Below, piece by piece: positions 1 through 7,440 of a stretch of 36,204 bases of DNA; within the stretch, counting starts at the first letter, position 1, and the number at the start of each line of letters is the position of its first letter. This stretch comes from a virus (Duplodnaviria > Caudoviricetes). The stretch spans positions 1 through 36,204 of the IMG/VR virus record IMGVR_UViG_3300042366_000875; one strand, given 5' to 3'. Position numbers and translations under genes: made by a program. Below the pieces are notes generated by a model. That model saw nothing but the letters and a program-made list of their open reading frames with translations, searched no databases and was not told where the DNA came from.

Positions 1-127
1 TCTTGGCGGCGGGCGAAGGCTTGATCGTTCGCAACCTCGTAGCCATGGGCGCGGGCGGAACGGCGCGCGTCTACGTTGAAGTCGATTGGCGCGAAGTAGA
101 CGCCTACCCGCAATGATCGCCCTGCTC
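1..127. repeat. Terminal direct repeat, identical to 36078-36204 (circular assembly overlap)
   Basis: The 127 bp at the two ends are identical, and ORF 35528..36193 runs through the junction. 127 is a common maximum assembler k-mer. Confidence 0.95.
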
Positions 128-364
128 GCGTTTCTCGCGTGTGCGCCCGCCACGGAAGACCCGTGCGCCGAGCTTCAAGCCGAACTCGAAGCGTGCGGCT
201 TCGAGCGCAGCGACTACGAGTGTGAGCCCGGCGACGGCTCCGATCCTGCCCTGCTCGCGTGCGTGGCGGCGTGGATCGCCGCCGATCCCGCATGCGACAA
301 GCCGGGCACGCTTCGCGCCTATACCGACGTGACGGGCCCGGCGTTCGACGCCTGCTCGGAGTAG
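113..364 (+). CDS. Small Cys-rich putative lipoprotein
   Basis: ATG at 113 overlaps the upstream stop (ATGA). N-terminus MIALLAFLAC is lipobox-like; six more Cys follow. Confidence 0.65.
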   Translation: MIALLAFLACAPATEDPCAELQAELEACGFERSDYECEPGDGSDPALLACVAAWIAADPACDKPGTLRAYTDVTGPAFDACSE

Positions 365-562
365 CTACCGCGCGAGCGCCGCGCGCCCCGCCGCCGTGAT
401 CACGTAGCCGTCGCCCTTCTTCTCGATCAAGAAGCGCGACGCGAGCCCTTCGATTGTCTTGTGGTGCGGGGCGCCGGGGTTGGCGCCGCTCGCGTGGCGA
501 ACGGGCGTCTTGGCGTCGCGAATGAACTTCAAGCCGGCGCGCAAAGAGTCGTTGATCGTCAT
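365..562 (-). CDS. Small winged-helix-like protein
   Basis: AGGAG RBS. C-terminal LASRFLIEKKGDGYVITAAGRAAL resembles the wHTH wing pattern L..RGLI....Y.IT..G. Confidence 0.6.
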   Translation of the reverse strand: MTINDSLRAGLKFIRDAKTPVRHASGANPGAPHHKTIEGLASRFLIEKKGDGYVITAAGRAALAR

Positions 563-601
563 GGTATAGGCTCCTACTGCGCTACTACCCTACTTCGAGC
601 G

Positions 602-630
602 TAGACGCAAACGCGCGGGCGTAGTATTCT
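602..630 (+). promoter_or_regulatory. Sigma70-like promoter for the lysis genes
   Basis: TAGACG-17 nt-TATTCT, upstream of ORF 660. Confidence 0.45.
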
Positions 631-659
631 CGCTCGCGTCACACGAGAGCAATCCCGCT

Positions 660-1007
660 ATGCCCGTACACGTTGTAGACGCCGCTTCGGAATCCGCACC
701 CGTTGACGTTCAAGATCGCGCGAGCCCCGCGCCGAGTGAGAACGTGTTCTTCGCCTACATGGATCGTTCGAGCCGCGAACGTGCCGAGCAAACCGCGAGT
801 TTCGAGCGGGCCTTGACGGCGACGCGCGAAGACTTCAAGGCGGCGATCGGCATGCTTCGCGGCGACTTCCGCACGTTCGGCGTGATCATGCTCGCCGGTA
901 TTCTCGCCTTGGCGGGTGTGAACGTCGCGATCAACGCGGGCGCGTTCTCGTTCGACGCCACGCCGACGGCAACGCCGCTACCCGCACCGGAGCACGCCGC
1001 ACCATGA
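660..1007 (+). CDS. Membrane protein, holin candidate
   Basis: One hydrophobic segment (FGVIMLAGILALAGVNVAI). Its stop overlaps the endolysin start (ATGA). Confidence 0.55.
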   Translation: MPVHVVDAASESAPVDVQDRASPAPSENVFFAYMDRSSRERAEQTASFERALTATREDFKAAIGMLRGDFRTFGVIMLAGILALAGVNVAINAGAFSFDATPTATPLPAPEHAAP

Positions 1008-1513
1008 ACCCGAGCGACAAGGTTTCGCCGAACTTCACGCTTGCCGAACTCACGGTCACTACACGCCCTGACGCGGGCGACGCCGACGGCGACGGCAACA
1101 CGCACGAAACGATCCCCAACGTGCCCGACGCCGCCGCCGAGAAGGCGCTTCGGCTGCTCGCCGTCAACGTCTTGGAACCCGTACGCGCGGCGCTCGGCGC
1201 ACCCTTGAAGGTGACGAGCGGGTACCGCTCGCGAGCAGTCAACGCGGCGATCAAGGGCGCGAAGAACTCGCAACACATGAAGGGCGAAGCCGCCGACGTG
1301 TGCCCGCTCGGCATGTCGATCGAAGTCGCCTTTCGCAAGGTGGCGGCGCTCGTCAAGTCGGGCGCCTTGCCCGTCGATCAAGCGATCGTCTACGGTAAGG
1401 GCGGCTTCATGCACCTTTCGCACTCGGCGACGAGCGGAAAGCGTGAGGTATTGCGTTCGCTTGCGGCGTCGGGCTCGGGCGGGCCCTACGAGCCCTACGC
1501 GGGCCCGGTGTAG
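1004..1513 (+). CDS. Endolysin, peptidase M15A family
   Basis: Motifs SPNFTLAEL, VTSGYRS..N, SQHMKGEAAD and FMHLS. Confidence 0.9.
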   Translation: MNPSDKVSPNFTLAELTVTTRPDAGDADGDGNTHETIPNVPDAAAEKALRLLAVNVLEPVRAALGAPLKVTSGYRSRAVNAAIKGAKNSQHMKGEAADVCPLGMSIEVAFRKVAALVKSGALPVDQAIVYGKGGFMHLSHSATSGKREVLRSLAASGSGGPYEPYAGPV

Positions 1514-1530
1514 CGCTCGCGCCCCGCTGC

Positions 1531-1559
1531 TTGACAGGATCAATAACGCGGGCAATAAT
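1531..1559 (+). promoter_or_regulatory. Sigma70-like promoter, probably giving a leaderless transcript
   Basis: TTGACA-17 nt-AATAAT, then 5 nt to the ATG at 1565; no RBS. Confidence 0.55.
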
Positions 1560-1564
1560 AGGGC

Positions 1565-1987
1565 ATGCCTAAACCCTACCGCGTTTCCCGTAACGATCTC
1601 GGGCCCGAGATTTATCGTTGGTTCGAGTGCCCCGCGTGTGCTGCTCGCGTGCCCGTATGGGGCGCCATGGGGGCTCCGTCGCACCGTTGCCGGGAAGACG
1701 GGCCCGAGCACGCTTGCACGCTCGTAGACGGCTCGGGCGACGGCTACCGGGCGTGCGCGTGCGGCGCGACGTTCCCCGGCGCCACGGGCAAGCGCGGGCG
1801 CCCGCGCGAGCATTGTTCGGAGTCGTGCCGAGAGCTTGCCGCCGCCCGCGCCACGCTCTCGAAGCACCTTGACGCCTTCGAAGCCCGCGCTACCCCGAAG
1901 GCGTGGCTCGAACTGCGCTCGGAGCTTCAAGGGCGGCTCGCGCGTCGCCCGTGGAACCGTGGCGTAGGGCGCAAGCGCCCCGCGTGA
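1565..1987 (+). CDS. Zinc-finger protein
   Basis: CPAC, HRC, HAC, CACG and GRPREHCSESCR motifs. Confidence 0.7.
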   Translation: MPKPYRVSRNDLGPEIYRWFECPACAARVPVWGAMGAPSHRCREDGPEHACTLVDGSGDGYRACACGATFPGATGKRGRPREHCSESCRELAAARATLSKHLDAFEARATPKAWLELRSELQGRLARRPWNRGVGRKRPA

Positions 1988-2162
1988 AGGTGGCGACCGG
2001 GGCGGCGCTTCCGCCGTGCAATAGCCAAACCTGCCCGACGCCGTAGAACTCGGCGCGAGCGCGGGCCATACTCTCGGCGTCTTCGAGCGCGACGACACGC
2101 CCCGACGTGCCTTCGTCGATCGTGCGCCCGCTCGCGAAGTACCGGGCTACTCGGGTTCCCAC
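1890..2162 (-). CDS. Hypothetical protein
   Basis: GTG start overlaps the end of the polymerase gene. The 3' end overlaps a convergent gene, so the call is uncertain. Confidence 0.4.
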   Translation of the reverse strand: MGTRVARYFASGRTIDEGTSGRVVALEDAESMARARAEFYGVGQVWLLHGGSAAPVATFTRGACALRHGSTGDARAALEAPSAVRATPSG

Positions 2163-4240
2163 GGTACGAGCTTCCCGGCACCGTTGAACTTCGGCTTCGC
2201 GTCCTTGTACCAGCGACGCATTAGCACGGGTTCGACGACGGTTTGAACGTCAGGCGTGTAGATTTGCATACCGTGAACCATGACTTCGCCGAGCCGAACG
2301 GCGGCTTCGGGCGCCACCTTCTCGGGCGACTCGCACATTAGTTCGTCGTGAATCATGGCGTTTACCCGCGAGCCGAAGAGCGGGCTTCGCTGCTTGCCCG
2401 AGAACGCCGGGCCCGAGACGGCGGGCGGGTTCCACGCTTCGGATTCGCCCGTGTAGCACTCCCGAGACGCGAAGTAGAGCGCCGCCTTCACGCCGTCGGC
2501 GGTAAGCCCTTGGAAGAGCGTATTCGCGCCCGAGCAGTACGAGAGCCCGCCGCGAAGGCGCCCGCTACGGTGTTGCCGAAGCTCGAATATCTCGCCGCGT
2601 TCGGAAATATACCGGAAGTACGCCTTCACTTCGGGGTAGGTTTCGAGCCACAACAAGCGGAGTTCGCGCGCACGTTGAATCGCGCCTTCGTTCGTCTCCG
2701 CGAGCTTGATCCGGTAGTCTTTCCAAGCGGTCTTGACGAAGGTTTCGGGCCCCATACCGCCGGGGAAGCCGAAGTTTACGGGCTTCGCCAGTTGGCGCCC
2801 GCCCTTCTTCTTGTCGCACACGTCGGGCGAACCCGCCTTGTACCGGCGAACGCACTCTTCGTACGAGATCCCGAGAATCGTGCTTGCCGTGAGAAGGTGA
2901 AGTTCCTTCCCGTCGTTCAAGGCGTCGCGCATGCTCGAAACGCCGAACAACGTGTACGTTACTTGCGCCAACGAGCGGAGTTCGGCGATCGAATAGTCGG
3001 CGTTGGCGAATACGTAGCCGGGGCGGGCTTCCCAACACTCCCGAACGCCGCCCGTACGCGGTTGGTTCGTCAGGTTGGGCGCCCAACACGAAATCCGCCC
3101 CGACGCTACGAGCGCTTGCCACGACGGGCAAACGGGCGCGTTGACGGCGCGAACGAGTGCGGGAAGGAACGTGTTCCGAACCGCCGAGAGCGAGTCGCCT
3201 GCTTCGGCGATCTCGATCAACAACTCGTCGCCCGAGTTCAAGAGCGTTTCCTTGTCCGTAGCGGGCTCGGGCGTGCGGATCTCGCGCCCCGCCGCTTCGC
3301 TCGCCTTCTTGTCTACCCTGCCCTTCGTCATGGGCGGCGCCCCGGCGTACGCCTTGACGACGAGCGCTTGAAGCGCCTTCTTGTCGTTGGTTGGCGGCTT
3401 CTCTATGCCCTTTACGATCTTCGGCGCCTTGAACAACCCGAGATCATGCTTCAAGGCGTCAAGTTTCTTCGCCCGTTCGGCGATCTGCTCGGCGAGAACC
3501 GCCACGCGCGGGGCGTTGGCGCGCATGCCCCAACACCCGGCAAGGTGAAGGGCCCACGCCGCCGCTACCTGCTCAGGCTCGTTGGTAAGTCGGTATCCGT
3601 CTTCCGAGAGTATGCCCGCGCGTTCGGCGGCGGCGATTTGCCCCGTGAACACGTCGATCGCGTCTTCCGTGTCTCCGAGCGGGTAGGTAACGGCTTCGAC
3701 GGGCCACGCTTCGAGCGGTACGCCGTCAAGCTCGCCGTAGCGAAGGCGCCAAGCGTCGGCGCCCGACTTGACGGCGGTACGATCGCGCCCGGTGTAGGTC
3801 TTCGTCAGTGTGGCGAGATCGAACTTTGCGGCTTGGCGATCGTCGTCGGCGAGCACGCCGAGCGCAATCGCGATCAACCGCTCGCGGATCTTCGTACACG
3901 AAACGCGCCCGGCGTCGTAGGCGGCGAAGATCAAGGGTAGCAGTTCGGGATCTTCCGCCGCCATACACCCGAAGTCGAACGCGATCGTTTGGTTGACGAA
4001 GTGAACGGCGGGATCTTCGAGTGCCGAGCGAAGCCACGCCAAGCCTTCCGCGAGATCGAGAAGCCCGGCTTCGCGGGCGTACTCCGGGCGACGGTGTACG
4101 CTTCGTAGCGAAAGCTGCTCGTAGCCTTGCCAGTGTTCCGCCGGGGCTACGAGGTAGCGCCACGAAAGGCACACGGGGCGCGGCGCCAACAAGCCGTCGT
4201 CGATCAAGTGCGTTTCGAGATCGAACGCAACGAGCTTCAC
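2147..4240 (-). CDS. polA: DNA polymerase family A with 3'-5' exonuclease
   Basis: ExoI AFDLET, ExoII NQTIAFDF, ExoIII YPLGD, motif A ADYSIAELR, motif B RQLAKPVNFG, motif C IHDE. Start moved to GTG 4240, which overlaps the upstream stop (GTGA). Confidence 0.95.
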   Translation of the reverse strand: MKLVAFDLETHLIDDGLLAPRPVCLSWRYLVAPAEHWQGYEQLSLRSVHRRPEYAREAGLLDLAEGLAWLRSALEDPAVHFVNQTIAFDFGCMAAEDPELLPLIFAAYDAGRVSCTKIRERLIAIALGVLADDDRQAAKFDLATLTKTYTGRDRTAVKSGADAWRLRYGELDGVPLEAWPVEAVTYPLGDTEDAIDVFTGQIAAAERAGILSEDGYRLTNEPEQVAAAWALHLAGCWGMRANAPRVAVLAEQIAERAKKLDALKHDLGLFKAPKIVKGIEKPPTNDKKALQALVVKAYAGAPPMTKGRVDKKASEAAGREIRTPEPATDKETLLNSGDELLIEIAEAGDSLSAVRNTFLPALVRAVNAPVCPSWQALVASGRISCWAPNLTNQPRTGGVRECWEARPGYVFANADYSIAELRSLAQVTYTLFGVSSMRDALNDGKELHLLTASTILGISYEECVRRYKAGSPDVCDKKKGGRQLAKPVNFGFPGGMGPETFVKTAWKDYRIKLAETNEGAIQRARELRLLWLETYPEVKAYFRYISERGEIFELRQHRSGRLRGGLSYCSGANTLFQGLTADGVKAALYFASRECYTGESEAWNPPAVSGPAFSGKQRSPLFGSRVNAMIHDELMCESPEKVAPEAAVRLGEVMVHGMQIYTPDVQTVVEPVLMRRWYKDAKPKFNGAGKLVPWEPE

Positions 4241-4359
4241 GACTTGCGCTCGTCGATCCAAAGCATGATCGCGCCGACGGCGAAGATCGCCGCGCCCGTG
4301 GCGAGCCACACGACGCCCGCGCCGGGGCTCCAATCAACGTGCGGGAAGGCTTGAAGCAT
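4237..4359 (-). CDS. 40-aa single-pass membrane protein (not in the ORF track)
   Basis: MLQAFPHVDWSPGAGVVWLATGAAIFAVGAIMLWIDERKS*. GGAG RBS; coupled to the polA start. Confidence 0.65.
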   Translation of the reverse strand: MLQAFPHVDWSPGAGVVWLATGAAIFAVGAIMLWIDERKS

Positions 4360-4383
4360 GACGACTCCGTAACCGTTGCGGGT

Positions 4384-4458
4384 TGGTTGGCGCGGTAGGG
4401 CTCGAACCTACAACACCGGGCTTCAAAGGCCCGTGTTCTACCATTGAACTACACGCCA
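4384..4458 (-). tRNA. trnQ: tRNA-Gln (anticodon TTG) with encoded CCA
   Basis: Cloverleaf: acceptor TGGCGTG/CGCGCCA, D arm GTTC/GAAC, anticodon arm CGGGC-CTTTGAA-GCCCG, T arm GTAGG-TTCGAGC-CCTAC, then ACCA. The U1-A72 pair is typical of bacterial tRNA-Gln. Confidence 0.95.
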
Positions 4459-4571
4459 AGGGAAGCGGGCGGGCTACGACTTCGACGGCGCGCGAGTCGT
4501 AGCCAACCAGTACCGAGAAGCCCCGCTTGCGGCGGGTGCGCGCTCTTCCCGATTCCGCGCCGAGCAGGGAA
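4459..4571 (-). ncRNA. Candidate structured RNA between the SSB-like gene and the tRNA
   Basis: Perfect 10-bp stem 4472-4481/4495-4504, with nested and alternative stems around it. Confidence 0.35.
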
Positions 4572-5012
4572 CTACGAGAAGATCGGTTCGTTGTTGTACT
4601 TCGTGAACACGCCGCCGCGCTTCGTCGGCACTTCGAAGGCTTGGCACCGGAAGAGCACGCCCGCGAGTTTCGTACCGTCGCCGCTCGTCGCTTCTTCCAT
4701 TACCTCTTCGTCTACCGCGTCTTCGCCCACGGCTTCGCCGAACTTCGAGCCGAGCAGGGCAAGCGTGAGATTCTTCACGTCGCCGAGCCAATTCGTATCC
4801 GGCTTCGCCGAGAAGAAGATCGACGCCTTGGCGCCCTTGGCGTACTTCGGGTTCGACGACTCGATCACTTCGACGCGGGCGATCACCGCATCCATCTTCT
4901 TCCGCGTCACCTTGGTTTGAAAGGTGAGCAGGCGCAACGTGTGAAGGCCCGAGCCGAGGTAATCGCCCGAGCCCTGCGAAGACGTTTCCTTGATACCGCG
5001 AAAGAGAGACAT
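4572..5012 (-). CDS. Putative ssDNA-binding protein
   Basis: GGAG RBS, its own promoter, beta-rich 146 aa, and the position in a PolA/helicase/nuclease cluster where SSB-like genes usually sit. Confidence 0.55.
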   Translation of the reverse strand: MSLFRGIKETSSQGSGDYLGSGLHTLRLLTFQTKVTRKKMDAVIARVEVIESSNPKYAKGAKASIFFSAKPDTNWLGDVKNLTLALLGSKFGEAVGEDAVDEEVMEEATSGDGTKLAGVLFRCQAFEVPTKRGGVFTKYNNEPIFS

Positions 5013-5079
5013 GACGTAGACTCCGTGCCCGAAATGGGCGTCGTTGGTAGACTACGGCGGAAGCCCGCCGAGCCCTTGA

Positions 5080-5109
5080 AGAGTATCGCGGCGCGGGTGA
5101 AGTCGTCAA
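5080..5109 (-). promoter_or_regulatory. Sigma70-like promoter for the SSB-tRNA-polA unit
   Basis: TTGACG-18 nt-TACTCT. Confidence 0.5.
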
Positions 5110-5432
5110 GTACCCCGACGCCGAAAGTTATCGGGGCGGTAGTCGAGGGCGACGCGCCCCGCGAGTTGCGCCACGTCGAACGGGCGCTTCGAGATCAACG
5201 CCACGCGCTCGCCTTGGCGAGCCCCGGCGAGCAGGCGCGAAAGGTAGACCGTGCGCCGATCGCTCTCGATCGACGCGACGACGAGCCCGCGAGCGCCGAG
5301 ATACCATCGGTAAGCGCCGAGCCCGTGCTTGACATAATCGCGGGGCAGTACCGCCGCGAGCGTGCCGCATGGAAGCTCGATCATGTCGAGAGCGCCCGCC
5401 CGGTACACGGGGTTCGGCGTGATCGCCTTCAT
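5106..5432 (-). CDS. HNH endonuclease-like protein with degenerate catalytic motifs
   Basis: MIELPCG..A.V...DY.....YRWY...RRTVYLSRLL...GERVALIS...LDYRPDNFR follows the phage HNH pattern but lacks its His and Asn residues. ATGA coupling at 5432. Confidence 0.6.
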   Translation of the reverse strand: MKAITPNPVYRAGALDMIELPCGTLAAVLPRDYVKHGLGAYRWYLGARGLVVASIESDRRTVYLSRLLAGARQGERVALISKRPFDVAQLAGRVALDYRPDNFRRRGT

Positions 5433-5626
5433 GGGGCTTCGCCGCAAACGGGGCAACCGTCGCCGTCGTCTCCGTACACGGTGCCGCACTCCGCACAATG
5501 CGAGCCGCCGAAGTCGTCAACGAAGATCACGGGCTCGGGCGGCGGCGTGGGCGGCGGCGCGGGCTTGCGCTCGCCGAGTTCTTCGGCCCGGTCTTCAAGC
5601 TCGGAAAGATAATCGCGCTTCGTCAT
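5429..5626 (-). CDS. Small zinc-ribbon protein
   Basis: CAECG...CPVCG. ATGA overlap with the helicase stop. Confidence 0.7.
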   Translation of the reverse strand: MTKRDYLSELEDRAEELGERKPAPPPTPPPEPVIFVDDFGGSHCAECGTVYGDDGDGCPVCGEAP

Positions 5627-7440
5627 GGTGCTTCTTCCCCTTGCCATGTGGCGTTATTCCAAGTGCCGTACCCGAGCCGTTGGGCGTCGCCCGTGGTTTG
5701 TTCGATGTAGCGCGCTTGATTCGCCGCGCTTCGAAGCGTGTTGCGCGCGTGGCGCGTGTGGGCGTAGTAGTGAACTTGTACTTCGTCGGCGAACTGCCCC
5801 GCCCGGTGCGTGCGGCCGATCAACTGCTCGAAGTCGCTTGCGCTCGAAGGCGACGAGAGTACGAGGTTATGCGCCCACGCTTGTAGATTCTGCCCCGTGC
5901 CGAACGCCTTCGCCGAGCACGCCATAACGAAGGCCCGATCGCTCGTCTCGGGCAAGGAGTCGCCCGCCATGAACACCGGCAACCCGGCGCGGCGAAGGGC
6001 GAGCCCCACGGCGTTATCCGCGTACCAGACGATCGCGGGCTCGTTGGCGTTGATCCTCTCGATCGCCCATTCGATCGCGTCTCGGATCAAGAAGTCGCTT
6101 ACCCACACGGTTTCGACGGGCGGCGCCGGCTTCGCCCGGTGTTGATCCCACGCATGCCAAGCCGCTTCGGCGCGGGGCAACTTGCCCGCCATGGTGGCGC
6201 GGGTGACGAGCAGCGGGGAATCCAAGCCTTCGCGGTTCTCTTTGAGAATCGCGCGGATTGTCCTATGCCAACCCGCCCGCGTTTCGATCCATGCTTCGTC
6301 GGGCTCGTTGTTCGGCCATACCCAACGGTAGAAGAAGCCCGCGCTAAGTTGCGAATCGAGACGGTACTTCGCGAGCGGGGAATCCATTTCTTCGCCGTCG
6401 GGGCGGCACCATGTCGCTTCGACTTCGGCGATCGTCTCTTCGAGTTCAACGGGCAAGCGAAGCCCGCGTTCAACGAAGAGCAGGCTTGCGCCCACGCTCG
6501 CCGAGTCGGTAGCGACGACGCCCGGCGTTGTGACGAGCCGCCGTTGAAAGCGCGCCCGCGCCACGTCACGCCGTTCGGTATGCCCTTCGTCGGGATCGAA
6601 GTCGAGAGCTTCCCAATTGTCGGGTAGGAAGTGCTCGCCGCTCGCGAGCGTCGCCCAATCCGAATCGGCGGGCGTGCCGTCGGAATCGATACAGTTCGCC
6701 CACGCGAGCAGATCGTACGAGTCGAGCGGAAGCGGCGAGCCGTCGCCTAACGCAAGCTCGGCGAGGTGCGCGTAGTCTCGAAGCCCCTTGCGCGTCATGG
6801 TGCCCGAGAGCCCCACGAAGCGCGTACTCGGAAATTGAGAGAAGTACCGTAGCAGGCGCTTCGTGCGCGTCGCCGTCGGGTGTCTGAGATTGTGCGCTTC
6901 GTCGGCGATTACGAGATCGGGTTGAAGCCGAAGCAGTAGATCGGCGCCCGTCGCAACCGAGAGTTGCGAGTAGGGTACAACCTTCAAGCCCGGGTGAAGG
7001 CGCCAGTGATCGCGGAACTTCCGATGTTCGCGGGCGAAGGGCTCGCGCATTGCGGGCGGTAGGAGCAAGACCGGGCGTTGCGCCTTCATGGCGACGCCTA
7101 CGAGCATGGTTAGAAGCCCCTTGCCGTGCCCTACGCCGATAGGCCCGAGAAGCCCGCCCGCTTGCGCGGCTTGAAGTAGGGCGACGCTTTGAATCGGGCG
7201 TAGCCGTTGCGTGCCGTGGGGCGTCTTGTAGTGCTCCGTCAAGTCGAACTCGGCGAAGGCGCCGGGGTTCCATGTCGGAAGGTTGGCGACTCGTTGCGCT
7301 TCGGTAAACGTGTCGTCGCGCTTGCGCTTGGCATGCGCGAGCGCCGAAAGAATGTCGCGATTCGAGAGCGCGGCGCGGTTGTTGCGTCGCACGCCGATCA
7401 CGTCGCTATGCGCGTTGATCCGCGCTACCGTGGCGTTCAT
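5623..7440 (-). CDS. Superfamily 2 (DEAH-box) helicase
   Basis: LRPIQ, Walker A GVGHGKG, IADEAH, LSGT, GTGQNLQ and EQLIGRTHRAGQ. Confidence 0.92.
   Translation of the reverse strand: MNATVARINAHSDVIGVRRNNRAALSNRDILSALAHAKRKRDDTFTEAQRVANLPTWNPGAFAEFDLTEHYKTPHGTQRLRPIQSVALLQAAQAGGLLGPIGVGHGKGLLTMLVGVAMKAQRPVLLLPPAMREPFAREHRKFRDHWRLHPGLKVVPYSQLSVATGADLLLRLQPDLVIADEAHNLRHPTATRTKRLLRYFSQFPSTRFVGLSGTMTRKGLRDYAHLAELALGDGSPLPLDSYDLLAWANCIDSDGTPADSDWATLASGEHFLPDNWEALDFDPDEGHTERRDVARARFQRRLVTTPGVVATDSASVGASLLFVERGLRLPVELEETIAEVEATWCRPDGEEMDSPLAKYRLDSQLSAGFFYRWVWPNNEPDEAWIETRAGWHRTIRAILKENREGLDSPLLVTRATMAGKLPRAEAAWHAWDQHRAKPAPPVETVWVSDFLIRDAIEWAIERINANEPAIVWYADNAVGLALRRAGLPVFMAGDSLPETSDRAFVMACSAKAFGTGQNLQAWAHNLVLSSPSSASDFEQLIGRTHRAGQFADEVQVHYYAHTRHARNTLRSAANQARYIEQTTGDAQRLGYGTWNNATWQGEEAP

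Noticed and set aside
1-127. 127-bp end repeat as a biological terminal repeat
   Set aside because: It falls in the middle of a gene and its length equals a standard assembler k-mer, so it is best read as a circular assembly overlap.
2348-3940. Long antisense or alternate-frame ORFs (also 755..2098, 4527..5612, 19602..20900, 21777..22895, 32262..33644)
   Set aside because: They are Arg/Ala-rich shadows of well-supported genes, expected in high-GC DNA, with no motifs or RBS.
2147-4240. Modified-base (for example dZ) replication system
   Set aside because: No PurZ, queuosine-pathway, thymidylate-modifying or glycosyltransferase genes are recognisable, and the polymerase motifs look ordinary.
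4360-4383. tRNA-associated theta (HDV-like) ribozyme
   Set aside because: The 3' trailer is only 24 nt before the next start codon, too short for the fold. The structured element lies on the 5' side instead.
4384-4458. Suppressor tRNA, genetic-code reassignment, or attP site
   Set aside because: The anticodon is TTG. TAG, TGA and TAA all end genes normally, and no integrase is present.
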